Of a stretch of 60,233 nt of DNA, positions 44,040 through 52,538 are shown piece after piece. Location of the stretch: assembly GCF_028290885.1 (NCBI RefSeq), contig NZ_JAQGIZ010000038.1, forward strand, positions 1 to 60,233, written 5' to 3'. The position numbers were made by a program, and so were the translations under genes. The first letter of the stretch is position 1. Each line of letters starts with the position of its first letter. The notes beneath the pieces are model-generated. The model made no database searches, was not told the DNA's origin, and saw nothing but the letters and a program-made list of their open reading frames with translations. The stretch is from Phenylobacterium sp. (GTDB lineage: Bacteria > Pseudomonadota > Alphaproteobacteria > Caulobacterales > Caulobacteraceae).

Positions 44040-45803
44040 TCAGCCGGCCCGCAGCAGGCGTCGGCGGACCGCGCCTTCCGCCCAGTGATTCTCCTGTGCC
44101 CGCTGCAGCCGGATGGCCGCCTTGGCCGCGCTCTGTTGAGCCTCCAGGCCGGGCTCCGGACCGAGGTCGTCGACGATCGCCTCGAGCCGCACGGCGAGCA
44201 CCCGGCTGCGCTCGGCCTGTTCGCCGAGCGCCAGGGTGGCCTCCAGCGCCAGGCACGCCGCGCCGATGGCCGGCACGATGGAGCCTGCCACGGCGACCAG
44301 GATGCTGAGCCAGTGCGGCGTGTGCTCGCCGAACGCGGCCATGCCGACGGTGGCCGCCACATAGGAAAGCAGCACGACCATCAGCAGGGCGAAGCTGCCG
44401 TTCTCCAGCTGATGCACCCGGTGGGAGACCCGGCCGTTGATGGTCGACTGGGCGCGGTGATAGGCGGCCTGGCCGGCAATCAACTCGTCGACCGCCCAGG
44501 CGCCCCAGGTCGCCACCCGGTCCGGCCCGAACACGCCGCTGGGCAGACCGGCCCGACGCCGCACGTGCCGGGCCCCCGCGCTGCTGGAGAGCAGGTTCGC
44601 GCCGTGCGGGACGGTGCTGACGCCGAGCGCCCAGGCCACCCGCTCCAGCCGCAGGTCCTCGGCCAGGCGCCGCGCGTCCCCCCAACGGTGGTGCCGCCGC
44701 CCGCGCTCGGAATCCAGCCAGACGAGGAAGGCGCCCAGGGCCAGGAAGATCTCGATGCTGACCATCAGCAGCTTGGTGTTGGGCCAGATCCCCGAAGCCG
44801 AGCCGGCGATGGCCGCCAGGATGGCGACGGCGAGCAGGATCACCTGGTGCGATCGATGGACCGACCCCAGGCGGCTGGCCTCCACGTCCGCGGCCGCGTG
44901 GGCCTGGGTCAGCAGCACGAAGCCGGGTTCCGCCGCGAGGTCGGCCGGCGTCGCAAGCCTTGCGAACGGCGGCGCCTTTCCCCCCAGGATCCGGCGGAAC
45001 AGGGCGTAGGTCCGCCAGTTGCCGTCCAGGCGGTGCTGGCGTGGCGGGCGATCCGCGTGCGGCCCGGCCTCGCCCTCGTCCTCCGGCGGGTCGGCCCGAA
45101 GCCCCAGGTCCGCCAGGGCCTCATGCAGGGTCGTCGGGCCCGCCGCCCGCACCAGCGGTTCGCGGCCGAAACGCAGCTCTTCGAGGAACTCCAGGAACCC
45201 GAAATCCTCGTCCAGGTGCTCGGGCCGGATCAGCCGCAGGACGTCGGGGTCGCCGGGCTTGATCCAAAGCACCGGGATGCCGTGCTCCAGCGCCAGCCGC
45301 ACGGCGTCGGCCGTGCCGCCGGCGCCGCGTGCGTGCTCGCCCGTCCAGACCACCACCAGCAGGTCGGCGGCGCCGATCAGCCAGCGCGTCTGGGCCAGGT
45401 GGGGGTTGCGGCCGAGCGCCTCGGTCGCCCGCCCGTCCAGCCAGGTGCCGGACTCCATCAATCCCGCCGCGCCCGCCGCGGCCTCCTCGTCGAGGAACGG
45501 ATAGACCGCATGCACCGGTCCCAGGCCTGCGGCCTTCCAGGCCTCGGCAGCGAGCAGGTCCGCCCCCGGCGCGAGTCCCGTGACCAGCCGCGCGTCGCTT
45601 ACGCCGGCCTGGGACAGCATGGCGAAAGCGGTCTCCAGCCCGGCCGAGACGTGGATCGTGTCGCCCAGGTCCTCGGTCCGGTTGTGGCCGGCGAAGGCGA
45701 CCTGGGTGAACTGCAGACCGGGCAGCGGCCGGCTCGCCGCCGCCCTGGCGTCGCCGGTCCCGGTGCGCGCCGTTCGCCGCCGGCGCAGGCCTGCGTCGTT
45801 CAT
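44040..45803 (-). CDS. SLOG (SMF/DprA-LOG) domain fused to two SLATT/DUF4231-like 2TM modules
   Basis: VAFAGHNR, LVTGLAPGADLLAAE, DLLVVVWTG...GGTADAV..A...GIPVLWI (SLOG); two TM pairs, the first followed by W...R.LAEDLR and Q..YH. Confidence 0.78.
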   Translation of the reverse strand: MNDAGLRRRRTARTGTGDARAAASRPLPGLQFTQVAFAGHNRTEDLGDTIHVSAGLETAFAMLSQAGVSDARLVTGLAPGADLLAAEAWKAAGLGPVHAVYPFLDEEAAAGAAGLMESGTWLDGRATEALGRNPHLAQTRWLIGAADLLVVVWTGEHARGAGGTADAVRLALEHGIPVLWIKPGDPDVLRLIRPEHLDEDFGFLEFLEELRFGREPLVRAAGPTTLHEALADLGLRADPPEDEGEAGPHADRPPRQHRLDGNWRTYALFRRILGGKAPPFARLATPADLAAEPGFVLLTQAHAAADVEASRLGSVHRSHQVILLAVAILAAIAGSASGIWPNTKLLMVSIEIFLALGAFLVWLDSERGRRHHRWGDARRLAEDLRLERVAWALGVSTVPHGANLLSSSAGARHVRRRAGLPSGVFGPDRVATWGAWAVDELIAGQAAYHRAQSTINGRVSHRVHQLENGSFALLMVVLLSYVAATVGMAAFGEHTPHWLSILVAVAGSIVPAIGAACLALEATLALGEQAERSRVLAVRLEAIVDDLGPEPGLEAQQSAAKAAIRLQRAQENHWAEGAVRRRLLRAG

Positions 45804-45856
45804 CGCGGGCTGATCCTCAATCGAAGCGCATAGTCATGCGGTCAGCGGCCGGCAGG

Positions 45857-46783
45857 CTAGTAGGGCACGTCGTCAGCCGCGGCGGCCGCCTTCGCCTTTT
45901 TCTTCTTCGGCGGCGCCTTGACCGGCGTGGCGTCGGCGTCGGGCGCAACCGCGGCGTCTGCGGCCGGGGTCGCCACGGAGGCCCGCTGCAGGGCTGACGG
46001 CGGCGCGGTCGGCAGGAGCGCGGTCATCGCGCGCGGCTCCGCGGAGGCGGTCTTGGACCGCATCAGGCTGGGCGTCGCCACACCGATGGCCACCGCGACG
46101 AGCGCGGCGACCGAAAGCCCGACATAGAGCACCAGCCGGCGCGGCGCGGCGGTGGCCTCGGACGTCTCCAGGGCGTCATCCGGATCCGCCGCGCCGGGCG
46201 TTCCGGCCTTGCTGAATGTCCTGGTTTCCTTGACCGGCGCGGTCCGCGCAGCCGATTTACCTGCGTCCGGCAGCCGGCGGGGAAGCTTGAGCTTGCGCGC
46301 GACCGCCAGGGCGGGCCCCTCGGCCTCGACCACCGGCTCCGGCGCTGCGGGGCTGGCCTCGGGGGCGACCACCGCGGACGGCGCTTCCCGGGTGGCGGCC
46401 TCGATCCGGTGGGCGAGTTGCTGGATCGCCACCTCCCAATCGGCGAAGAAGTCGATCCACTGCCGGGTGGCGAACTCATAGGCGAAGGCGTCGTTGGGCG
46501 TGACGTCCTCGATGCGCAGCGGCACGACCATGAGCTTGTTCTGGCTCGCCAGCGCCAACTCCTTGTTCATCTCATCGGAGTTGTTGGAGTTGGCGGTGAA
46601 GACCAGCAGCATGATCTTCGCGTTTCTGATCGCCCGGACGATGGAGATCTGGAAATTCTCGCCGGGGAGAATGTCGCGTGACGAGATCCAGCACTTGAAC
46701 CCGCGGCCCTCCAGGGCCTGGCAAAGCGTCATCGCGACCCGGTGGTCCTGCGACGCGAAGCTGATGAAGATATCGGCGGCCAT
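45857..46783 (-). CDS. TIR-domain membrane protein
   Basis: DIFISFASQD, CWISSRDILPG, SDEMNKELALA (catalytic Glu position retained), VVPLRIEDV; Pro/Ala linker; one TM helix. Confidence 0.9.
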   Translation of the reverse strand: MAADIFISFASQDHRVAMTLCQALEGRGFKCWISSRDILPGENFQISIVRAIRNAKIMLLVFTANSNNSDEMNKELALASQNKLMVVPLRIEDVTPNDAFAYEFATRQWIDFFADWEVAIQQLAHRIEAATREAPSAVVAPEASPAAPEPVVEAEGPALAVARKLKLPRRLPDAGKSAARTAPVKETRTFSKAGTPGAADPDDALETSEATAAPRRLVLYVGLSVAALVAVAIGVATPSLMRSKTASAEPRAMTALLPTAPPSALQRASVATPAADAAVAPDADATPVKAPPKKKKAKAAAAADDVPY

Positions 46784-47069
46784 TGTCCCCGTGCCCCACG
46801 CCGCCGAAACGGCGCTCGTTCAGTATCCGTTAAGGTCTACCGCAAGCAAGGCCATTCTCGTTAGAAGAGAGCGCAGGGGATCGGCAACCGCACAAAGCTC
46901 AGTGATCGGGCGCGCCATGTCCTCTGCGGAGGTGGGAGATTCGCTCGCCGCACGAGCCCGGACGACATCGGCGTCAAAGCGTGCCATTGCACGAAAACGT
47001 CACGTCGCCTGCAAGGAGGGCGATGGCGCACGGCGGGCCGCGCGAGACCCGGCCAATTGAGGATGTGAC

Positions 47070-47534
47070 ATGAGAACTCTGTCGAAGGCGCTGACCGTCA
47101 TCCTGTTGCTGGGCGCCGCCTCGCCGGTCGCCGCCGCTGTGCAAAAGGCCCCGGCGCCCGGCGGCGCGGCAGGTCTGACCACGGGCGTGACCGGCGACGT
47201 GCGGTGTCTGCTGACCATGGGGGCGCTGGCCTCGAACAAGGCGAACCAGCAGGCCGCCACCCTCGGCGTCTACTTCTTCGAGGGCCGGATCACCGCGCGC
47301 GCGCCGACCCTCGACCTGACCGCCGCCCTGAAGACGGAGGTCGCGCGGATGGGGCCCGCGGACCTGCAGTCCGAAGCCCAGCGGTGCGGATCGCTGGTGC
47401 GCCAGGCGGCCCAGGCCCTGCAGGCCGCGCAGGCCAGCTTCTCAGGCCCGGTCTCCACGCCCGGCGCCGCGCCGGCCACGCCCGCGCCCACGCCCGCCCC
47501 CGTGCCCAAGACGCCGACGCCGACGCCGAAGTAA
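47070..47534 (+). CDS. Secreted hypothetical protein
   Basis: GAGGA RBS, signal peptide, two Cys (DVRC, QRCG), YFFEGRI, Pro/Thr tail. Confidence 0.75.
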   Translation: MRTLSKALTVILLLGAASPVAAAVQKAPAPGGAAGLTTGVTGDVRCLLTMGALASNKANQQAATLGVYFFEGRITARAPTLDLTAALKTEVARMGPADLQSEAQRCGSLVRQAAQALQAAQASFSGPVSTPGAAPATPAPTPAPVPKTPTPTPK

Positions 47535-47553
47535 GCAGCGGGATTCCCCGGGA

Positions 47554-48309
47554 CTAGTTAGCCGGCGCTGCGGCGGTCAGGGCCGGTCCGATCTCGTCGT
47601 GCAGCGCGAGGTCGGCGAAACCGTCGAGGTCGGTGGGCTCGCGGTTGACGATGGCGAGCTTGGCCCCGTTGCGCTTGGCGAGCAGCGGAAACCCCGCCGC
47701 AGGGTGCACCACCAGGGACGAGCCCAGCACCAGGAACACGTCGCACTCCAGCGTCGCGGCCTCGGCGCGCGCCATGGGCTCGGCCGGCATCGCCTGGCCG
47801 AAGGAGATGGTGGCGGTCTTCACCAACCCTCCGCAGCGGCGGCAATAGGGGATTTCGCCGGCCTTCAGGAAGCTGTCCTTCAGCTCCGCCAGCTCATGCC
47901 GCTCGCCGCATTCCAGGCACTTGGCGTAGCTGGCGTTGCCGTGCAGCTCGATCACCTTGTCCGTAGGCACGCCGGAGTCCTGGTGCAGGTTGTCGACGTT
48001 CTGGGTGATCACCGCGCTGACCGTGCCGCGCTCCACCAGCCGGGCCACTGCGAAATGCCCGGCGTTGGGGGCGCGGCCCACCCAGCCGGCGCGGCCGCTG
48101 AAGGCGCGTTCCCACGCCTCCCGGCGCTTGGCCGGGTCGGAGACGAAGTCCTGGAAGTAGATCGGCTTCATCCGGCTCCAGACCCCGCCGGGGCTGCGGA
48201 AGTCGGGGATGCCGGACTCGGTGGAGATGCCGGCGCCGGTGAACACCACCATGCGGCGGGCGTCGGCGATCAGCCGGGCGAGGTCGGCCCTGGTCGGTCT
48301 CGGGGACAT
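47554..48309 (-). CDS. cobB: Sir2-family NAD-dependent protein deacylase
   Basis: GAGISTESGIPDFR, ITQNVDNLHQ, IELHG, CxxC/CxxC Zn site, GSSLVV. Confidence 0.9.
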   Translation of the reverse strand: MSPRPTRADLARLIADARRMVVFTGAGISTESGIPDFRSPGGVWSRMKPIYFQDFVSDPAKRREAWERAFSGRAGWVGRAPNAGHFAVARLVERGTVSAVITQNVDNLHQDSGVPTDKVIELHGNASYAKCLECGERHELAELKDSFLKAGEIPYCRRCGGLVKTATISFGQAMPAEPMARAEAATLECDVFLVLGSSLVVHPAAGFPLLAKRNGAKLAIVNREPTDLDGFADLALHDEIGPALTAAAPAN

Positions 48310-48358
48310 GGCTCATCTTGGCGCCAGCAGCCCCATCGAGGCCAGGGGTGACGGCGGG

Positions 48359-48452
48359 AGAAGGTGGCCGGCCCAGCTTGGTCGGGGGATGCCAGGGCGT
48401 TCGCCGGACCGGCCGGTGATCCTCCGGCGGGGGGGAAGTGCCGACGGATCGC
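48359..48452 (-). ncRNA. Putative GsrN-like small RNA (two hairpins with C-rich loops)
   Basis: Hairpin 1 at 48452-48416 with loop ACUUCCCCCCC; hairpin 2 at 48414-48366 with a 12-bp base stem and loop CAUCCCCCGA; EcfG-type promoter directly upstream. Confidence 0.6.
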
Positions 48453-48459
48453 GGGGGTT

Positions 48460-48484
48460 AACCGGCGCCCGAACGATAGGTTCC
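48460..48484 (-). promoter_or_regulatory. EcfG/SigT-type promoter
   Basis: GGAAC-N17-GTT ending 7 nt before the first sRNA hairpin. Confidence 0.6.
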
Positions 48485-48503
48485 GACGGCCGCATCGGAA
48501 TAC

Positions 48504-48788
48504 CTAAGGCGCGGGCGGCGGTCCGAAGGCTGCGGCCAGGTCGGCGTCGCTCACGTCTTCGGCGGCGATCCGTTTCAGGCGGGCGGTCTGGCCGGAGACC
48601 AGGGCGAGCGTCGATTTCGGCCGGCCGAGCGCCCTGGCCAGCAGCGCGATCACCGCCGTGTTGGCCTGGCCGTCGGCCGCCGCGGCCGCCACCCGCAGCT
48701 TCAGCACCGGCCGCCCGGCGTCGTCTCGCATCCAGCCCTCGACGGCGTCGCGGCCGCCGCGCGGCGTGACGCGGACGGCCAGGATCAG
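48504..48788 (-). CDS. DUF167/YggU family protein
   Basis: LAVRVTPRGGRD...LKLRV.A...DGQAN...SGQTARLK; follows yggT; start inferred at CTG. Confidence 0.85.
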   Translation of the reverse strand: MILAVRVTPRGGRDAVEGWMRDDAGRPVLKLRVAAAAADGQANTAVIALLARALGRPKSTLALVSGQTARLKRIAAEDVSDADLAAAFGPPPAP

Positions 48789-49090
48789 CCGAGGGCCGCG
48801 ATGATCGGGCTGAACACCATCGGCAGCAGGTAGAGCCGGATCCCCTGGATCACCAGCAGGACGATGATCGGGCTGATGTCGACCCCGCCGAGCGGCGGAA
48901 TGACCTTCTGCACGGGCCGAAGGATGGGCCGGGTCACGGCGTCCAGGAACCGGGTGAAGCTATAGACGAACCGGTTGCGCAGATTGATCACGTCGAAGGC
49001 CACCAGCCACGACAGGATCGCGCTGATGATGATGGCGATCACCAGCAGGCCCAGCAGGCCGTCGACGATGAAATAGAGGAATCTGCCCAT
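48785..49090 (-). CDS. yggT: YggT family membrane protein
   Basis: AILSWL..F.VIN..N, T.PILRP....IPPLGGVDISP. Confidence 0.92.
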   Translation of the reverse strand: MGRFLYFIVDGLLGLLVIAIIISAILSWLVAFDVINLRNRFVYSFTRFLDAVTRPILRPVQKVIPPLGGVDISPIIVLLVIQGIRLYLLPMVFSPIIAALG

Positions 49091-49213
49091 GGAGCCCGGT
49101 TCTACGCGGCTTTGGCGGGCTGGCAAGGCTCTGCCTTGGGGCGCAACCCCACGTCGCGACCGCAACCCGGCTTGACAGAGCCCGGCCCAAAAGAGTTATT
49201 CCGCGCCTTCCTG

Positions 49214-49289
49214 GGGGCCGTAGCTCAGTTGGTAGAGCGCCTCGTTCGCAATGAGGAGGTCAGGGGTTCGACTCCCCTCGGCTCCACCA
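49214..49289 (+). tRNA. tRNA-Ala(CGC)
   Basis: 76-nt cloverleaf, G3:U70 pair, anticodon loop TTCGCAA, encoded CCA; TTGACA at 49172. Confidence 0.96.
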
Positions 49290-51277
49290 GGACCGTTCAA
49301 AAGTGGGCGCCGCATGCCCATTCTTCTTCATTATCTATCGAACTTCGACGCCAGCGGCCCGCGCCGCGGCCGTCGACGGCGTCCAGAACGAGAGGGCCAG
49401 GGCCGAGATGGGCCACGCCGGTTCTCGACCCTCTCCCTTCCCAAAAACCCGCACCGCGATCGTCAGCGGACTCTCTGATAGGTGAAGCTCTTGCCGTCCT
49501 GGTGAAGAACGACCGACGCCGCCGGACCCGGCCCGGCGGCGAAATCCAGCTGCACGTCTGCCACTTTCGCAAAGAAATGCGTCGGCGTTTCCGGATAGAT
49601 CGGGAACTGGCTCGTGCCGCCGCCGACCAGCAAGCCCACGGCGCCACGCGTCACGGGAAACTCATCGCCGGGCGCGTAGCGGTAGACGCCGATGAACCGG
49701 TCTATGGCCGCCGCCGGCAGGTTTATCTGGTGGCGAATCTTGGGGATCTTCAGGTTCACCGCTTGGCCGGGCGCGATCACATGGGCGCCGATGTCGTCGA
49801 TCCCCTCGCCGGTGGCGGCGTTCGCCAGCACCACCACGGCGATGCGCCGCGCCGGGTTGAAGCCCATGAAGGTGCGCGAGCCGTCGCCGCTGCCGTCGCT
49901 CCAGTAGAAGGTCTCGCCATCCGCCTGGGTGCGCCGCCAGCCCAGCGCCATGCGGGTCTCCTTGCCGTCGCCGGGCCGGTCCACCGTCAGCATCAGCCGC
50001 GCCGCTTGCGGCAGGTCCCCGGGGCCACGGCCGTTCAGAAACAGGTCCAGGAACCGCAACAGGTCGTTGGCGGTGGAGCGCAGACCGCCGCCAGGATTGA
50101 GGGCGCCGAAGTCGGTGGGCCCGACCGGCTTCAGGTCGATGTCGTAGCCCAGGCTTCGCCGGGTCTGCGCGGCCGGGTCGTCGCCGAAGCGGGTGTCCAC
50201 CAGCGCCAGCGGCGTCGTGATGCGGTCCCGCACGAGGTCGTAGTAGGTCGTCCGGCGGCGCAGCGCGAGCCCGTGGCCTAACAGGCTGGGACCCAGGTTC
50301 GAATATTCGAACTGGGAGCCCGGCGGTCGGGTCAGGCGATAGTCCGGGAGGCCGGCGTAGAGTTGGTCCAGGCTGTAGCCGGCGTACTTGTTTATCGCGT
50401 CAGGCGGGGCGTGGAGGTTGTTTGGCCGCAACGGAAGGCCCGCGGTATGTGTCGCCAGGTCCGTGAGGGTGATGGCGCGCCCCTCGAACTGTGGGACCTG
50501 CACCCCCACGGGCACATAGGCCTGAAGTGGATCATCAAGGCCCGTCTCGCCCCGCGCAGCGGCGTCGGCCAGCAGCAGCGCGGTGAACACCTTCGTCAGC
50601 GATGCCACCTCATAGACCGTATCGCCGCCCACGTTGCGGCCGCCCTTCAGGGCGGTCTTCCCATGGGCAACGATGCTTTGGCCGGACGGCCGCAGGATGC
50701 CGACCACGATCCCAGTGGCCGCGTGCTGCTTTTCGAGGCGAAAGCGGATCAGCCGCGCAATCTCCTCGTCAGTGGGCGCCGCCGCCGTGCTTGCGTGGGA
50801 AGCGGGGCTGGCGAGGGCGCGCGCAGGCAGGGCGGCCAGTAGGGGAAACATCCCGGCGGCTCCCGAAATCCAGCGCCGGGTCAGGGCGCCTGCCGCCGGC
50901 CTCAGCCGGGGTTCGTCATCGTTCCGCATGCCGTGGTCTCCACGTCTTCTCGGGAGGCCTACGCGCAGGCCTTCGATGGCGTCTTGAACATTATTGCGAG
51001 CCGCCGACTCAGGCTACGGCAGCCGCCGAATCTACACCAAGCGGCGTTGGGCTAGGTTCGATCTGCTCGTCCGACGGTTCAAACAAAATGTCGGCTTCCG
51101 GGCTTCAGACCAAGGTCAACTCATGGCGCGAAGCGGACGCCGAGACAGGGCTGTCCAATGTCGGATCGCCCCCAGTGTCGCTAGCCGTCGAACCGGGATC
51201 GCTTGCTGCCGATGTCAGTGGGGAAGTGGAGGCGCTTGGCGAAACCTTGGGTTCGGCTCCTATCGGCTCCGCCAGGA
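49290..51277. mobile_element. Small decayed island at the tRNA-Ala 3' end
   Basis: Degenerate direct repeat of the tRNA 3' end (49264-49292 vs 51249-51277, 25/29 identical). Confidence 0.6.
49463..50929 (-). CDS. Serine hydrolase (class C beta-lactamase/PBP-like fold) with Tat signal and C-terminal DUF3471-like domain
   Basis: TRRWI..ARA signal, SLTK (SxxK), LATHTAGLP, YSN (YxN), GVYRY tail domain. Confidence 0.88.
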   Translation of the reverse strand: MRNDDEPRLRPAAGALTRRWISGAAGMFPLLAALPARALASPASHASTAAAPTDEEIARLIRFRLEKQHAATGIVVGILRPSGQSIVAHGKTALKGGRNVGGDTVYEVASLTKVFTALLLADAAARGETGLDDPLQAYVPVGVQVPQFEGRAITLTDLATHTAGLPLRPNNLHAPPDAINKYAGYSLDQLYAGLPDYRLTRPPGSQFEYSNLGPSLLGHGLALRRRTTYYDLVRDRITTPLALVDTRFGDDPAAQTRRSLGYDIDLKPVGPTDFGALNPGGGLRSTANDLLRFLDLFLNGRGPGDLPQAARLMLTVDRPGDGKETRMALGWRRTQADGETFYWSDGSGDGSRTFMGFNPARRIAVVVLANAATGEGIDDIGAHVIAPGQAVNLKIPKIRHQINLPAAAIDRFIGVYRYAPGDEFPVTRGAVGLLVGGGTSQFPIYPETPTHFFAKVADVQLDFAAGPGPAASVVLHQDGKSFTYQRVR

Positions 51278-51436
51278 AGCCCGCCACTGCACCGTTGCGC
51301 GGTCCGGCCGACCGAGGCACTCATAGGCGATGACGTCCCGTCCGCCGAAAGCCGACCGCCTCCCGCTCAGCGTCGTCGCGCCCTGCTGCAATGAAGCGCC
51401 GGGCCTGATGTTGCTCGTCGACCGCATGGTGGCCTG

Positions 51437-52132
51437 ATGGACCCCGCCGAGTTCGACAAGTTCGCCGAGGAATATCTCGCGACCCACGCCAAAAACCTGA
51501 AGATCAGCGGCGAGGATTCGGACTATTTCGCCCGCGCCAAGGCCGAGGTCCTGCGCCGCCGTTGGACCCGGCTCGGCTTGGCCGAACCGGCCGCGATCCT
51601 CGATTTCGGAGCCGGGATCGGCAACGCCTGGCCACACCTGGCTGCCGTCTTCCCGGGCGCCGCCATCACCGGCCTCGACGTCTCCGAAAAGAGCCTGGCG
51701 ATCGCCGAGCGGCGGTTCCCGGGCGTGGCCACGGCGCTGCGCTACGACGGCGACCGCATCCCGCTGGCCGAGCAGAGCTTCGACCTGATCTTCTCGGCCT
51801 GTGTCTTCCACCACATCCCGGCGGAGCAGCACATCGACCTCTTTGCTCAGCTCAAGGGTCTGCTGCAGCCCGGCGGCCGGATGGCGATCTTCGAGCATAA
51901 CCCGCTCAATCCGGTGACGCGCCACATCGTCGATACCTGCGAGTTCGACGAAAACGCCGTGCTGATCCCGGCCGCGGTGATGAGGCGCCGGCAGGCCAGC
52001 GCCGGCCTCCAGGCCATCGAGACCGCCTACACCGGGTTCTTCCCCGGCGCGCTCGCCGCCCTGCGACCCCTGGAGCAGTGGATGACCGCGCTGCCGATCG
52101 GCGCGCAGTACTACACGCTTGCCCGTGGCTGA
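51437..52132 (+). CDS. Class I SAM-dependent methyltransferase
   Basis: LDFGAGIG, GLDVS, FDLI...VFHHI, FEHNPLNP. Confidence 0.9.
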   Translation: MDPAEFDKFAEEYLATHAKNLKISGEDSDYFARAKAEVLRRRWTRLGLAEPAAILDFGAGIGNAWPHLAAVFPGAAITGLDVSEKSLAIAERRFPGVATALRYDGDRIPLAEQSFDLIFSACVFHHIPAEQHIDLFAQLKGLLQPGGRMAIFEHNPLNPVTRHIVDTCEFDENAVLIPAAVMRRRQASAGLQAIETAYTGFFPGALAALRPLEQWMTALPIGAQYYTLARG

Positions 52133-52538
52133 TCTGAAGGCCGCCGTCGGGCAGGCTGCACGGTTCGGCCTGGCGGGCGTCGTCAGCACGGCGGTCGGCT
52201 TCGCGGTCATCGCCGTCCTGGACGCCGGCCTGCGCGTGGCGCCGGCGCTCGCCAACGCCGCCGGCTACCTGGTGGGCGTCCCGGTGGGGTTCATGCTCAA
52301 TCGCGGCTACGTCTTCCGGCACGGCGGCGCGCCGGGCGCGGCGGGGCTGAGGTATCTGGCGGCCGTCGCCATCGCCTTTGGCCTGAACCAGGTCGTCCTG
52401 CGCCTTGCCGGCCAGGTCCTCGGTCCGGCTCTCGGCCCTGGCGCGCCCGCGCACCTCGCCGCCCAGCTCGCCGGCATGGCGACCTACACGCTGACCACCT
52501 TCCTGCTCGCCCGCTACTGGGTGTTCCGCACAGCCTAG
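52125..52538 (+). CDS. GtrA family (lipid-linked sugar flippase-like) protein
   Basis: RFGLAGVVST, ANAAGY, FMLNRGYVF, RYWVF; four TMs. Confidence 0.88.
   Translation: MADLKAAVGQAARFGLAGVVSTAVGFAVIAVLDAGLRVAPALANAAGYLVGVPVGFMLNRGYVFRHGGAPGAAGLRYLAAVAIAFGLNQVVLRLAGQVLGPALGPGAPAHLAAQLAGMATYTLTTFLLARYWVFRTA

Noticed and set aside
47554-48309. Sirtuin as the SIR2 effector of the TIR-SLOG system
   Set aside because: It is a classical Zn-binding CobB-type deacylase, not a ThsA-type NADase, and is separated from the TIR gene by an oppositely oriented gene; proximity is probably coincidental
49112-50281. 389-aa ORF across tRNA-Ala
   Set aside because: Overlaps the tRNA and is antisense to the serine hydrolase
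49463-50929. Antibiotic-resistance beta-lactamase
   Set aside because: The fold is shared by many esterases and peptidases and the third motif is non-canonical; resistance cannot be inferred
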